Source: Octopus vulgaris (taxonomy: Eukaryota). Taken from it: a stretch of 64,000 nucleotides of DNA. Positions 1-13,681 of this stretch are shown one piece after another. The DNA lies in contig OX597821.1 in assembly GCA_951406725.2 (NCBI GenBank), forward strand, positions 107,880,001 to 107,944,000. The letters run 5' to 3'. Made by a program: the position numbers and the translations under genes. The stretch's first letter is position 1. Each line of letters starts with the position of its first letter. The notes beneath the pieces were generated by a model. That model saw nothing but the letters and a program-made list of their open reading frames with translations, was not told the origin of the DNA and did not search any database.

Positions 1-50
1 TACAAAATAAACAGATGTAATTAGTATAACGCTCAGGAATAGAAAAAAGT

Positions 51-86
51 CTTTTACGTTTCGAGTCTATGCTCTTCTACAGAAAG
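51..86 (-). ncRNA. Minimal type I hammerhead ribozyme, family A (core CUGUAGA), in a Penelope-like repeat spanning about 1-155
   Basis: Minus strand reads CTTT-CTGTAGA-A-GAG(CATAGA)CTC-GAAAC-GTA-AAAG: stem I CTTT/AAAG, stem II with one mismatch, palindromic ACGT stem III. Confidence 0.6.
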
Positions 87-180
87 GGACACAGAAAAAA
101 CTAGGAGAGAAACAAGGAGAGAAAAAATGTGTGTAGTGGCTAATGATCTATCGTATAATATATATATATATATTCATATG

Positions 181-252
<72 letters not shown>

Positions 253-851
253 TGAGTGAGTGTGTGTGAGTCTGGGTGCATTTTTTCTGATATGTATAAT
301 CCTTGTGCAATATGTCGCGCTTTTACCATTGTGCAGTTCAATTCCTCGACCGCTGAAGACTAATTCATTTATGAAGGAGTAAAACAATTTTACAGATTTG
401 GTCTTATCTCGTTTCGTCTCTTTCCCCTTGTTTTCCTAAGACCATCTGTCGTCTCGCTATTTTCGCCATTTTCACAGTGGCTGGAACCCAATTTCAAAAT
501 ATTGCTCTCGCCTTATTGAATGTGTCATGTCCCAAGGGAGCTTTTTTTCGAGGACATTTCTATGCAAATTTCAAGGCTTTGTGACATATGTTAACACAAT
601 CCTTGTTCGTCGATTCAAATTCCTCTTTCTGCATTAAGTTATCGTTTCCGTTAAGTTAGTCCCAACTGAGAGAAGGGTGAGAAGAAATTCTCCTAAATAT
701 TCTCAGTTTTACCTCTTTCTATCTATCTATCTTTCTTTCTTTCTTCCTTTCTTTCTTTCTCTCTCTTTTATTTCTTACTTTTTCTTTTTATGAATGTATG
801 CATATATGTATGTATATGCATATATATAATACATGCATACATATATGTATA

Positions 852-1130
852 TTTCATTTCATTTCATTTCATCTAGTTTCAGCTCACGAGCTGAGGCCAT
901 GCTGGGGCACCGCCATTCGGTGTTGCTACATGATTTTACTTCACGAATGCTTTTTTAGCAATTGACATTTAGTGCATGAGAGAGTTTGATGCAGCTGCCC
1001 TCATCTACACCTCCTGCCGTGAAGTTGGTTCATCTGGGACACCTGACAGGAAGAGGTTCATCTTTATTCTAAAGACATCTGCATCCACCCCATGTAGGTC
1101 TCTAAGGTCCTTCGGGATATTGAAGAGCTG
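852..1130 (-). mobile_element. 3' end of a CR1/L2-type LINE (ORF2 C-terminus, 3' UTR stem-loop, (ATGAA)n tail)
   Basis: Minus translation PQLFNIPKDLRDLHGVDADVFRIKMNLFLSGVPDEP resembles the LFN.LP...FK..LD.FL C-terminus of CR1/L2 ORF2. It is followed by GGCGGTGCCCCAGCATGGCC...CTGAAACTAG and a short tandem tail. Confidence 0.7.
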
Positions 1131-1131
1131 T

Positions 1132-1885
<754 letters not shown>

Positions 1886-2580
1886 TAGATATACGTTATG
1901 GCTTAGCGAAGAATTCTAAGAATATTCGTCACTGAGTAGCGCATATGACGTCAAAAGACCGGTGTCTGAGATCATGTGCTGCTGAAGGAAACCAACTGTT
2001 TCAATATCAGTTGAGACCAGAGCGTTCAACGAGCTTAAAGGGGTCTGCATTCAGGAAAACAAATTTTGTTTGCTAAAAATATAGTCTGGCGAAGGTAAAT
2101 TCTTCTAATTTTCCAATTTATGACACCGTTTATGCGTGGTGTGATAAAACGGAATCACAGAAGCTGATATTTTGTAAGGGATAGCTAAATATACAGGAGT
2201 TAGAATTATTGTATGGGAAGCAGTTTAGACGATACACAAATCAAATCTCATTTTGTGCGCGTGTGTATGTATATGTGTGTGTGAACATGTATGTGTGTGT
2301 GAACATGTGTGTGTGTTGAAAATCGTTTAACCGGCGTAAAAATACTGCCACATATACGGAAAAGAGTCCATTTTCTCATTTATTGAAATGTAGGAACTGA
2401 TAGGAGGAACAATATTCCAAAATTCTTCTTGAGTATCAAAAATCTTGGAAAAGAACTTCTGAGATAAAAATCCCTAAAATGGCTTGAATAAAGCCCCAGT
2501 TTTAATCCGATAGAATATGTTTGGAAGCATCTTGATAGAATATTGTGACTGAGCCCTTTCCGCATGAAGATCACGAAACT

Positions 2581-3083
2581 GGCAGTAGCAGCGGCGGCGG
2601 CGGCGGCGGCGGCGGCAGTGATGGTGATGATGGTGGTGGTGGTGGTGGTGGTTGTGTTGGTGGTCGTGGTCGCAATATTGGTGGTGGTAATGGTGGTAGT
2701 ATTGGTGGTGGTAGTGGTGGTGGTAGTGGTGGTAGTGGTGGTAGTGGTGGTGGTGGTGGTGGTGGTGGTGGCGGTGGCGGCGACGGTGGTGTTGATGGTG
2801 TTCGTAGTGATGGGGGCTGTAGTGGTGGTCGCGGTGATGGTGGTAGTGGTGGTGGTGATGGTGGGGGATCGTAATAATTGGTACTTTTGATGAGATTAGT
2901 GATGAATGCGTGGTGAGGTGGTTGGTTGAAAGCGGTTGGGGATCCGACGAGAGGAAGAGAGAGAAAGCGAGAAAGAAAAAGAAGAAAGAAAGAAAGAAAG
3001 AAAGAAAAAAGAAAGTAAGAAGGAATGAAAGAAAGAAAGAAAGAAAGAAAGAAAGAAAAAAGAAAGAAAGTAAGAAGGAATGA

Positions 3084-3115
<32 letters not shown>

Positions 3116-3125
3116 AAAGAAGAGG
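2581..3125. repeat. (GGT/GGC)n followed by (GAAA)n microsatellites
   Basis: Directly visible. Explains the poly-G/V/P and FFLS ORFs. Confidence 0.95.
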
Positions 3126-4229
3126 ACGATGAGGAGAAATTTTGGATAAAAAAGCGGAGAAGGAGATAAAGTAGTTGTTCCCCATATTTCAATTCGAAAC
3201 GTGCATATTATTTTGTTTGTCTTTATTATTGTCTATGTATATGTATATGCATCTATGTGTTTCTGTTTCTGAGTGTGTGCGCATGTATGTTTGCCTATTT
3301 GTATGTCTGAATGCATGCGTGCATGTATGTATGATCGGAGTATGTATTTATTGAAGTATATATGTATACATCTATGTACATATATACATATCAATGTATG
3401 TACGTATTTATGCATGCATATATCTACGTATATATTTACCAATGCTTATATGTGTGCATGCATCCATCTTTCTATGTACATATGTGTATACATACGTGCC
3501 TATGTGTGTATGAAAGAACGTGTACATGCATCCATCTTTCTATGTATATATGTGTATACATCCATCTCTTTATGTATATATGTGTATACATACGTGCCTA
3601 TGTGTGTATGAAAGAACGTGTACATGCATTCCTGCCTGTCCGACTCACCGTCTCTCAAACCCATTATCTCGACACACGCTCTTTCGCTTTTAGCTTCATT
3701 AGCAAAACGAAGCATTGCCTTTTGACATGGTTCTGAAAGCCAAGTAATAACCATAATCATCGTTTCTTTTTCTTCGTCCATGATTGCTAGGTTTACAGTC
3801 AGCTCAGATATCTCACTCCGGGGACATAATTGATCGATGCCGTGTCTTTCTAGAACGTTCAATTATTTCTTAAAGACGGATTGTACGGCACGACTGCTGC
3901 CCCACCACTGCGTTTCCGCTGCATCCCTGCTGCAATACTACTGCAGCAATAGTTGATGATTTCATGTTACAAATCATCGTATTTTCATCCGTTATGCATT
4001 AACTAAATATGGCGGCTAACAGAGACTCGATTTCAACGAATGTCCGACTGGATGAATGTTTCCTACAGCTACGTTAATTTGTTTCCCCGTCTGCCTAACT
4101 GGCTGGCTGTCTATCTGTGCCTTCAACTCTGTCTTAATGGCTCACCACGTCTGCCTGTCTGTCTGACCATCATTCTATCTGTCTATCAATACATACATAC
4201 ACACACACACACATATATATGTATGTATG

Positions 4230-4277
<48 letters not shown>

Positions 4278-4292
4278 TAGATATAGATATAT

Positions 4293-4342
<50 letters not shown>

Positions 4343-4380
4343 GTATATAAATATATAGATAGATAAATATAGATATACAT

Positions 4381-4426
<46 letters not shown>

Positions 4427-4461
4427 ACAAACACACATATAGGCGCAGGAAAGATCATATA

Positions 4462-4626
4462 GGTGCAGGAATGGCTGTGTGGTAAGTAGCTTGTTTACCA
4501 ACCACATGGTTCCAGGTTTCAGTTCCACTACTTGGCACATTGGATAAATGTTTTCTACTATAGTCTCGGGCCGACCAAAACCTTGTGAGTGGATTTGGCA
4601 AACGGAAACTAGAAAAAAGCCCGTCG

Positions 4627-4629
<3 letters not shown>
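4462..4629 (+). mobile_element. SINE S1 head
   Basis: tRNA-like A box TGGCTGTGTGG and degenerate B box, then the S1 body ending CCCGTCGTATA. Confidence 0.8.
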
Positions 4630-4683
<54 letters not shown>

Positions 4684-5147
4684 ATACACAGACACAATTC
4701 TTGCCTACAGTAAATGGTAGGGTTTTAGTCTTTGATACAGACATGAATAAAAATGAAAAGAAACGAAGGAAGGAAGGAAGAATAAAACAAAGAAAAAAAA
4801 AAAAAGAATTACCGAAGATAAAAAAACAGGAAAAAGTTTTAAAAACAAAAAGACACAGTTGGGAGATGAGTAATACATCTTCGTTTAATGGTGAATAGTT
4901 CCTCATTGAGAAGAAACCTGGTCATTATCGTTGAACAAGAAATAGATTATAATTATTATGTGACGTAAGAATTCTGGTAATGGGTGGCGAAAGTTAATGC
5001 AGCGTCCTAGAGAAAAGGATAGTTGAGAAAGAGAGAGAGTGAGAGATGATGAGAGAGACGTAGTGGGGAAAGCAGATTGGGAGAGGTTTGGAATCAGGTG
5101 GGGGGAGGATGTATAGAGGAAGTATGGACGAGAGGTGGATTGAATCG

Positions 5148-5263
<116 letters not shown>

Positions 5264-5282
5264 CAATCTATCTACCTATTCA

Positions 5283-5395
<113 letters not shown>

Positions 5396-5438
5396 TTATC
5401 TATCTATCTATCCATCTATCTATCTATCTGTCTATCTT

Positions 5439-5471
<33 letters not shown>

Positions 5472-5687
5472 GTGTCTTTCTTTCTGTCTGCCTGCCTGTC
5501 TGTCTGCTTGTTTGTCTGTCTGTCTCTCTGGCTAGCTATCTATTTGACAGTCTTTCTATGTATCTATAATGTATATATTCATGTGTATGTGCATCTGTGT
5601 GTGTGTGCGTATACCCCCCACACACACATACACACACAAATACACACACATATATATACACACACATATATATAATCTTTATTCATT

Positions 5688-5816
5688 GTTTCTACTAGTT
5701 TCAGTCATTAGTATGCGACGGGTCCTTATCTTTCTCTTAAAACCTGCAACTTATTCAATCGAAAACTCAAACCGAACCGCTAAGTTACGGGGACATAGAC
5801 AAACCATCGTGGTTGT

Positions 5817-5871
<55 letters not shown>

Positions 5872-6065
5872 ACACACACACAAACAAACAAACACAATTA
5901 CACACATAAACAACGAGATTATTTCAGTTTCCGTCAAATAAATTCACTCTCAAAGATTTTGTCGGCCCGAGGTTGTAATAGAAGACACATGGCGAAGTTG
6001 GCATGCAGTGGGTCTGAACCCGAAACCTTGCGGTTGTGAAACAAACTTCTTTCTCCACAAACACA
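5688..6065 (-). mobile_element. SINE S1, diverged
   Basis: Reverse complement of the S1 head, internal (CA)n and tail. Confidence 0.75.
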
Positions 6066-6350
6066 GTTAGATAGAAAGATAGAGATATAGTGTGTTTGCA
6101 TTGCTGAAACCCCGTCTTCGGTGCCATGTACCTTCAGGATTGAGGGCATGTACCCGACATTGATGAAGGTCCAAAACTGTCGTTCTCAATCAATTCCGGT
6201 ACGATTCCATTTCATTGTAGGTTTTTAAAAGAACTTCTCTCAGACGGAATATCGCAGCTCAGAAGCGTTTAACAATACACATTGTGTGACATTGTTAATG
6301 CTTACATCACAGAATTGCTTTCAACATAAGAATTTGAATTTACACACACA

Positions 6351-6382
<32 letters not shown>

Positions 6383-6419
6383 AATACACATATGCGTAAA
6401 GATAGATAAGTTGATAGGC

Positions 6420-6494
<75 letters not shown>

Positions 6495-6527
6495 GAGGTA
6501 GATGGCTAGACAAACAGACAGACAAAC

Positions 6528-6607
<80 letters not shown>

Positions 6608-6786
6608 TGATAGATAGATAGATGGATAGATTCATCAACTGATTCGTTTGTGAAGACGATGAAAACGATGATGGCTGATGATGATAGTGTAATGACAATA
6701 AATAAGGACAATGTGAAGAGTAGAGAAGAGATTAGTGTCTAAGACTTGATACCTGTTTCCATTCATTAAGTTGAAATATAAACATT

Positions 6787-7350
6787 GGCTGCGTGGTAAG
6801 AAACTTGATTACCAACCACATGGTTCCGGGTTCAGTCCCACTGCGTGGCAGCTTGGGCAAGTCTCTTCTACTATTGCCTCGAGCCGACCAAAACCATTTG
6901 AGTGGATTTGGTAGATGGAAACTGAAAGAAGCCCGTCGTATACACACACACACACACACACACACACAATGAGATTCAAGAAATTCTTTTACCTGTTTCT
7001 GTCATTTGACTGCGGCCATGCTGGATCACCGCCTTTAGTCGAGAAAATCAACCCCAGGACTTATTCTTTGTAAGCCTAATACTTATTCTATCAGTCTCCT
7101 TTGCTGAACCGCTTTATATATATATGTGTGTGTGTGTAAGTTTATGTGTCTGTGATTGGCTCCCACCCCACCCCACCGTCATTTGACAACCGATGTTGGT
7201 GAGTTTACGTCCTCATAACATTAGCGGTTCGGCAAAATGCTCCGATAGAATATGTACTAGGCTTACATAGAATAAGTCCTGGGACGATTTGCCCGACTAA
7301 AAAGTGATGCTCCAGCATGGCCGCAGTCAAATGACAGAAATAAATAAAAG
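6787..7350. mobile_element. SINE S1 cluster: head (+, 6787-6940), tail (-, 6988-7112), tail (+, 7145-7350)
   Basis: Similarity to the other S1 copies in both orientations. Confidence 0.8.
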
Positions 7351-7434
7351 AATTTCTAGAACTTCATTAGTCAGACTTTGAATTTTAATGAATTTTAATG
7401 AATTGTCTCATTATAATTAATCTGATATCATTGC

Positions 7435-7507
<73 letters not shown>

Positions 7508-7615
7508 ATTAAAGCATCGATGTTCTTATTGCAATCGTCGTCTTCATCGTTTCCATCGTCACTGTGCTCTTCTTTCTCTTCCTCATCTTCATCTTCATCA
7601 TCCATCATCATCATT

Positions 7616-7653
<38 letters not shown>

Positions 7654-8078
7654 TCATCATCATCATCATCGTCGTCGTCGTCGTCATCATCAGAACAACA
7701 TGCACTGCCATCACCATGACGACTACCACCACCACAATCACCTCCACCACCACTACCACCACCACCACCAACAACAACAACGTAAACAACAACAATGCCA
7801 CCTCCATCACCATGACGACTATCCCCCCGACCACCAAACTATCGTCGTTAGCAGCGACAGCAGTATGATGATGATGATGATGATGATGATGATGGTGATG
7901 ATGACGATGAAGATGACGACAATGAGGATGATGGTATTGGTGGTGGTGATTAATTTTGTAAGCTGTAATTAAAACAGACTCCCTGTCTGCTTAATTAATT
8001 CGAATAAAATCATTTGTGTATGATCAAGATTGTCGATGTTTCACACAAACACACTCTACGCACAAACACACAGCACAC

Positions 8079-8155
<77 letters not shown>

Positions 8156-8209
8156 TGTATGTGTGTGTGTATGTATGTATATATGTATATATATATATAT
8201 ATATGTGTG

Positions 8210-8260
<51 letters not shown>

Positions 8261-8489
8261 ATGTGTATGTGTGTGTATGTATGTATGCATGTATGTACGT
8301 ATGTATACATACATACATATTTAATTACATACATGCATACAGGACATAGATACATATGTGTGCATATACGTGTGTATGTATATATTCTACGCATACATAC
8401 AGGAGCAGTGCTGGAATAAATTCATATACGTACAAACCTACCAACAGCGTGAGTACACCAAAATCACGAATCAAATTAGTCTGTAACTC

Positions 8490-8617
8490 TTGTTGTTGTT
8501 GTTGTTGTTCTTCTTCTTCTTCTTCTTCTTCTTCTTCTTCTTCTTCTTCTTCTTCTTCTTCTTCTTCTTCTTTTTCTTCTTCTTCTTCTTCTTCTTCTTC
8601 TTTTTCTTCTTCTTATT

Positions 8618-8698
<81 letters not shown>

Positions 8699-8735
8699 GT
8701 TATTATTATTATTGTTGTTGCTGTTGTTGTTATTA
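8490..8735. repeat. Compound trinucleotide array (TGT)n(TCT)n(TAT)n
   Basis: Directly visible. A similar array occurs at 24372-24612. Confidence 0.95.
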
Positions 8736-10225
8736 TTCTCCTCATCGCTTGTCCTTTGTCTCTCTTTCCATCCCCTTCCCCGTTCTTCTTCTCGTCTTTC
8801 ATATTTCTTTCTTATTTTCTTCCTCCTTTTCTTTTCGTTCTTTCACTATTTCCAGCTTCTCTTTCTTCCTATTTTCTTTCCTCATCCCTCCTTCCCACGT
8901 CCATATTTTCGCTCATTCTCTACTACCGTCTCCACCACAATGTTTATCATAACTCTCTTTAGCCTAAATAGCCTTATAGCCCTTTTCGTTAAATAACACA
9001 CTACATAGCCTTGCACTACTGCATTGAATACCCAAACCTGTGGGCCCCCATGTATCTTTTCAGTGTGTCCATATTTCAAACCATGCTTTTCTGTCAAGAA
9101 ACACAAATAAGACACACGTAGTAGTATCAAAAGGAATTAAATAAATCTGCTTTAATCCACCATGTAACTTGAACGCTGCCACCAGCATAGCTAGAAATTT
9201 TCTGACTCTAGTAACATGTTATCCATCGACTCACAAATAGAGCAAGCATTTTAACCCTTTTAACATTAACGTCAGCTATTCTAGCATGGACAACTTAGCT
9301 ATCCCTGTAACTGAAATCAGACAGCCAATTTCTACCTCTTGAAAACCCTCTATTTGTTTGATTTACTGCATTTGTCTTTCCAAAACAACGATACACTGAA
9401 CATCTGTAACGACCCTTATGGGTATTAAAGGGAATCTCATGAGACTGACTGCAAACACATTCAACATCAGTTACTACCAGCATCTATACTCATTCTGAAC
9501 AAGAGACAGTAAAAACACCATTGTTATACTCTAATTCGTTTGAACACAGGGCCTAAACGTCTTCTACTAGCTTGAGACATCTTCAATAAAGCCATTGTGA
9601 ACATTTAGAGTATCATAAAAATGTTGGATCTATTTGAGTGAAACATTTTTGATATTAAAAGAGCCAGAAGTGTCACTTAAATTGAGATTAGAAATATAGT
9701 CTAAATGCCACCATTAAACGAGACTCCTTCCTGATGTCTGTGAATGGAGGAGCTATTAGATCCACAGCTAACAAGTGTCAAAAGAGGTACGAAATAGTGT
9801 AGTTATAACCTGATTAACATACACGCAGGTAGGGTTGTCTTCCTTAGACCATAGAGGAGATTAAGTAGTTGGTATTATACATGACCGAACAATGTCGGAT
9901 TGAAAGCATATGGTTTACGCGTGTGAAGCTTCAAGACTGTGGTGATTGTTGAGTGATCGTAAGTTGGATGTGTATTTATCTAACAACGATAAACTTAAAA
10001 GATAATTAGGTATCTTCTTCCTCTTTATTCATTGTATCTTTCTTTTCAGCAGTTTCTAAGTCATTGCCAAATTTAACGTACAAACTATCACAAACGTTTA
10101 CATGTATATATAGATATGTAGATATGTACGTACGTCCGTATGTATGTATGCACGTATGTTCGTAAATATGTATGTAAGTGTATGTGTGTATTATGTATGT
10201 ATGCATATATATAAATATATACTAT

Positions 10226-10293
10226 AGTAATTAAGGGTTTAGCAACGATTTGCCTCACCACAAAGGCAAATCGTTGCTAAACCCTTACTTACT
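10226..10293. repeat. Perfect 24-bp inverted repeat with 8-nt loop
   Basis: TAAGGGTTTAGCAACGATTTGCCT (10232-10255) pairs with AGGCAAATCGTTGCTAAACCCTTA (10264-10287), extended by AGTAA/TTACT after one mismatch. Confidence 0.95.
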
Positions 10294-10400
10294 TAGTATT
10301 ACTTAAACCTTCCTTGAATGGGTCTTTTACTTGCCGAACTCTACTTGGTGAAATTAATGATTATTTCTAAATTAATTAATTTCACCCTTTATTATTATTG

Positions 10401-10479
<79 letters not shown>

Positions 10480-10708
10480 ACTCTCCCGACGGTTTCAACG
10501 TATGAGGATCCGACAGCCTACTCTTTCTTTGTCAGTCATAATGCTGATGCTGAATGTGACATTTAAGACCTGCCAATGATTTTCAAAAGAGATCACGGGT
10601 CATTCAAGTATGAGCATCACAGGTCAGTGCAGGTGGTATATTTGCATCTGCTTTTCTCCTTTGCCTTACACCCCGAAGCCTGTTAATGAACTTTTCTATT
10701 TCTGTGTT

Positions 10709-10746
10709 TCTTTCTGTCGAAGAGCGTAGGCTCGAAACGTAAAAGA
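10709..10746 (+). ncRNA. Minimal type I hammerhead ribozyme, family A (core CUGUCGA)
   Basis: TCTTT-CTGTCGA-A-GAGC(GTAG)GCTC-GAAAC-GTA-AAAGA. Stems I and II are perfect. Predicted cleavage after 10741. Confidence 0.7.
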
Positions 10747-11272
10747 CTTTCTCACTTGCCGAGGATTAAACTAATACATCTGTTTGTTGTCTACACACCC
10801 GTCTTCGTCTTTCGTTTTTTTTTAATAAATTCTCACTATGTACCTATGTATGTATGTATGTATGTATGTATGTATGTATGTATGTATGTATGTATGTATG
10901 TATGTATGTATGTATGTATGTATGTATGCATGCATGCATGTATTTATGTATGTATGTATGTATGTATGTATGCATGTATGTATGTATGTATGCATGTATG
11001 TATGTATGTTTGTATGTATGTATGTATGTTTGTATGTATTGTATGTATGTATGTATGTATGTATTGTATGTATGTATGTATGTATGTATGTATGTATGTA
11101 TGCATGCATGTTTGTATGTATGTATGTATGTATGTATGTATGTTAGTATTGTATGTATGTTTGTAAGTATACATATATGTATGTATGCATGTATGTATGC
11201 ATGTAGGTATGTATGTATGCATGTATCTATCTATACATACTTATACGTACATATGTAGACACACACGCACAA

Positions 11273-11307
<35 letters not shown>

Positions 11308-11699
11308 ATGTTCCCATTTGACGATCGCATGGACGTGAAAGTAGGGCGTGCGAGAGAAATTCACTTTAAATGAATCATTTCTTATTCATGTATCGACTTT
11401 TCACTTCTTGATTCGGTTGACAAAACTGAACATTTGAAAAGATTAATTACATGTCTGTGTGCGTATATGTGTGTGAGTATGAGTATGTGTGTGGGTATGT
11501 GTATGTGTGTGCGTATGTGTATGTGTGTGTGTGTATCAATGCGTCTGCTTGCTTTTGTATGTATGTATTTATATATGCATGGATATATGATTACATATAT
11601 GTATGTATATATTATATGTATGTATTATGTATGTATGTAAGGATAAATCATTATATGTGCGTTTGCCTTTGTCTGTATCTGCATGCGTGTTTGTGTGTG

Positions 11700-11920
11700 T
11701 GTATGTGTGTGTGAGGGAGAGAGACTATATATGCATTTATGTTTGTGTGTGTGTGTATCAATGCGTTTGCTTGATTTGTATGTATGTATATATGCATATA
11801 TGTATGTTTGCCTGTGTGTGTTTGTGTGTATGTATATGTGTGTGTGAGAGAGTATATATACATGCATGTTTGTGTGTGTGTATCAATACGTTTGCTCGCT
11901 TTTGTATGTATGTATGTATG

Positions 11921-11952
<32 letters not shown>

Positions 11953-12440
11953 CATGTATGTATGAATGTATTTATGTATATGTGCATATATGTGTGTTTG
12001 CCTGTGTATGTATTTCCATGTGTCTGTGTGTGTGTGTGTGAGAGAGAGAGAGCATATATACTTGCATGATGGTGTGTGTGTGTGTGTGTGTGTGAGGGAG
12101 AGAGACTATATATGCATGCATGTTTTTGTGTGTGTGTATCAATGCGTTTGCTTGATTTGTATGTATGTATATATGCATATATGTATGTTTGCCTGTGTGT
12201 GTTTGTGTGTATGTATATGTGTGTGTGAGAGAGTATATATACATGCATGTTTGTGTGTGTGCGTATCAATACGTTTGCTCGCTTTTGTATGTATGTATGT
12301 ATGTATGTATGTATGTATGTATGTATGTATGAATGTATTTATGTATATATGCATATATGTGTGTTTGCCTGTGTATATATTTGCATGTGTGTCTGTGTGT
12401 GTGTGAGAGAGAGAGAGCATATATACTTGCATGATGGTGT
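11700..12440. repeat. Tandem duplication (about 375-bp period) of a microsatellite-derived unit
   Basis: Markers GAGGGAGAGAGACTATATATGCA, ATCAATGCGTTTGCTTGATTTG, ATCAATACGTTTGCTCGC and GAGCATATATACTTGCATGATGG each occur twice in the same order. Confidence 0.9.
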
Positions 12441-12505
12441 GTGTATGTGTATGTGTGTGAGTGTGTGTGTGTAAGTGAGTGAGAGAGAGAATGGATGTGT
12501 ATCTG

Positions 12506-12545
<40 letters not shown>

Positions 12546-12775
12546 GAGTTATGTATTAGGTAGTTGAGTGTTTGTGGATGATTTTAATTTTATTTATTTG
12601 TGTATTTGTTTTTGGAATGACCTAGTGAATTTCAAGACGCCAAATGAATTGATATATTTAATCGATATTGTCAAAATCATTTAAAAGGTAACGAAATTTC
12701 CAGACGTATTTCTTTCATATGTATTTATTTTTGTCTATCTTGTCTTCGTTTTAATTAATCATTTTATTTATTCAT

Positions 12776-12807
<32 letters not shown>

Positions 12808-13084
12808 TCAGTTGCTTAATGAATAAACTTTTTAAAGAACTACATGAACATTGATTTTTGTTATTTTTTTTTTGAAATTAAGAAAAAAGAACGAATGAAA
12901 AAAAATGGCGACCATATTTGAAATACACGACATAAATGAATGCGTTGAGACAAAAACGAGGAGAAAACGAACGAAGAATGACGACACGAAAGAGATGGTT
13001 TTGATAACATGAAAACAATTAAAGTCGTCCATTTTGAAGGCTGCTGCTGCTGCTTCCACCGCTGCTACTGCTGTTACTACTAGG

Positions 13085-13408
13085 AGCACTCCGTCGGTTG
13101 CGACGACGAGGGCCCCATCTGATACGATCAACGGAACAGCTTGCTCGTGAAATGAACGTGTAAGTGGCTGAGCACTCCACAAACACGTGTACCCTTAACA
13201 TAGTTCTCAGGGAGATTCAGCGTGACATAGTGTGTGATAAGGCTGACTGTTTGAAATACAGAGGTACTACTCATTTTTTCCAGCTGAGTGGACTGGAGCA
13301 ACGTGAAATCAAGTGACTTGCTCAAGGACACAACGCGCCTCAGGGAATTGAACTCGCGGCCTTACGATCATGAGTCGAATGCCCCTAACCACTAAGTCAC
13401 GCGCCTTC
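13085..13408 (-). mobile_element. tRNA-derived SINE family S3, near full length
   Basis: Minus strand has A box TGACTTAGTGG and B box GAGTTCAATTCC. Homologous to 31445-31733 (+) and 38628-38946 (-). Confidence 0.85.
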
Positions 13409-13452
13409 ACTGTTACTACTACAACAACAACAACAACAACTACTACTACTAC

Positions 13453-13495
<43 letters not shown>

Positions 13496-13514
13496 AATGA
13501 TGATGACGATGATT

Positions 13515-13681
13515 TCAAATCTTGGTACAAGGAGAGCAAGCTCAGGGGAAGGGGTAAGTTGATTACATCGACCCCAGTGCTCAACTAGCACTTATTTTAT
13601 CGATCTCGAAAGTTCGAAAGGCAAAGTCAACCTCGGCGCCATTTGAGCTCAGATGGTAAAGCCAGACGAAATGCTGCTAAA
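13515..13681 (-). mobile_element. SINE family S2, partial
   Basis: Reverse complement of the S2 core CCGAGGTCGACTTTGCCTTTCATCC. Confidence 0.75.

Noticed and set aside
2545-3185. Gly-rich and Pro-rich ORFs resembling structural proteins or extensins
   Set aside because: They come from a (GGT)n tract open in several frames on both strands, with no signal peptide or splice context.
9250-9560. Possible reverse-transcriptase relic (RGFSRGRNWLSDF on the minus strand)
   Set aside because: One short motif resemblance with no adjacent RT motifs readable.
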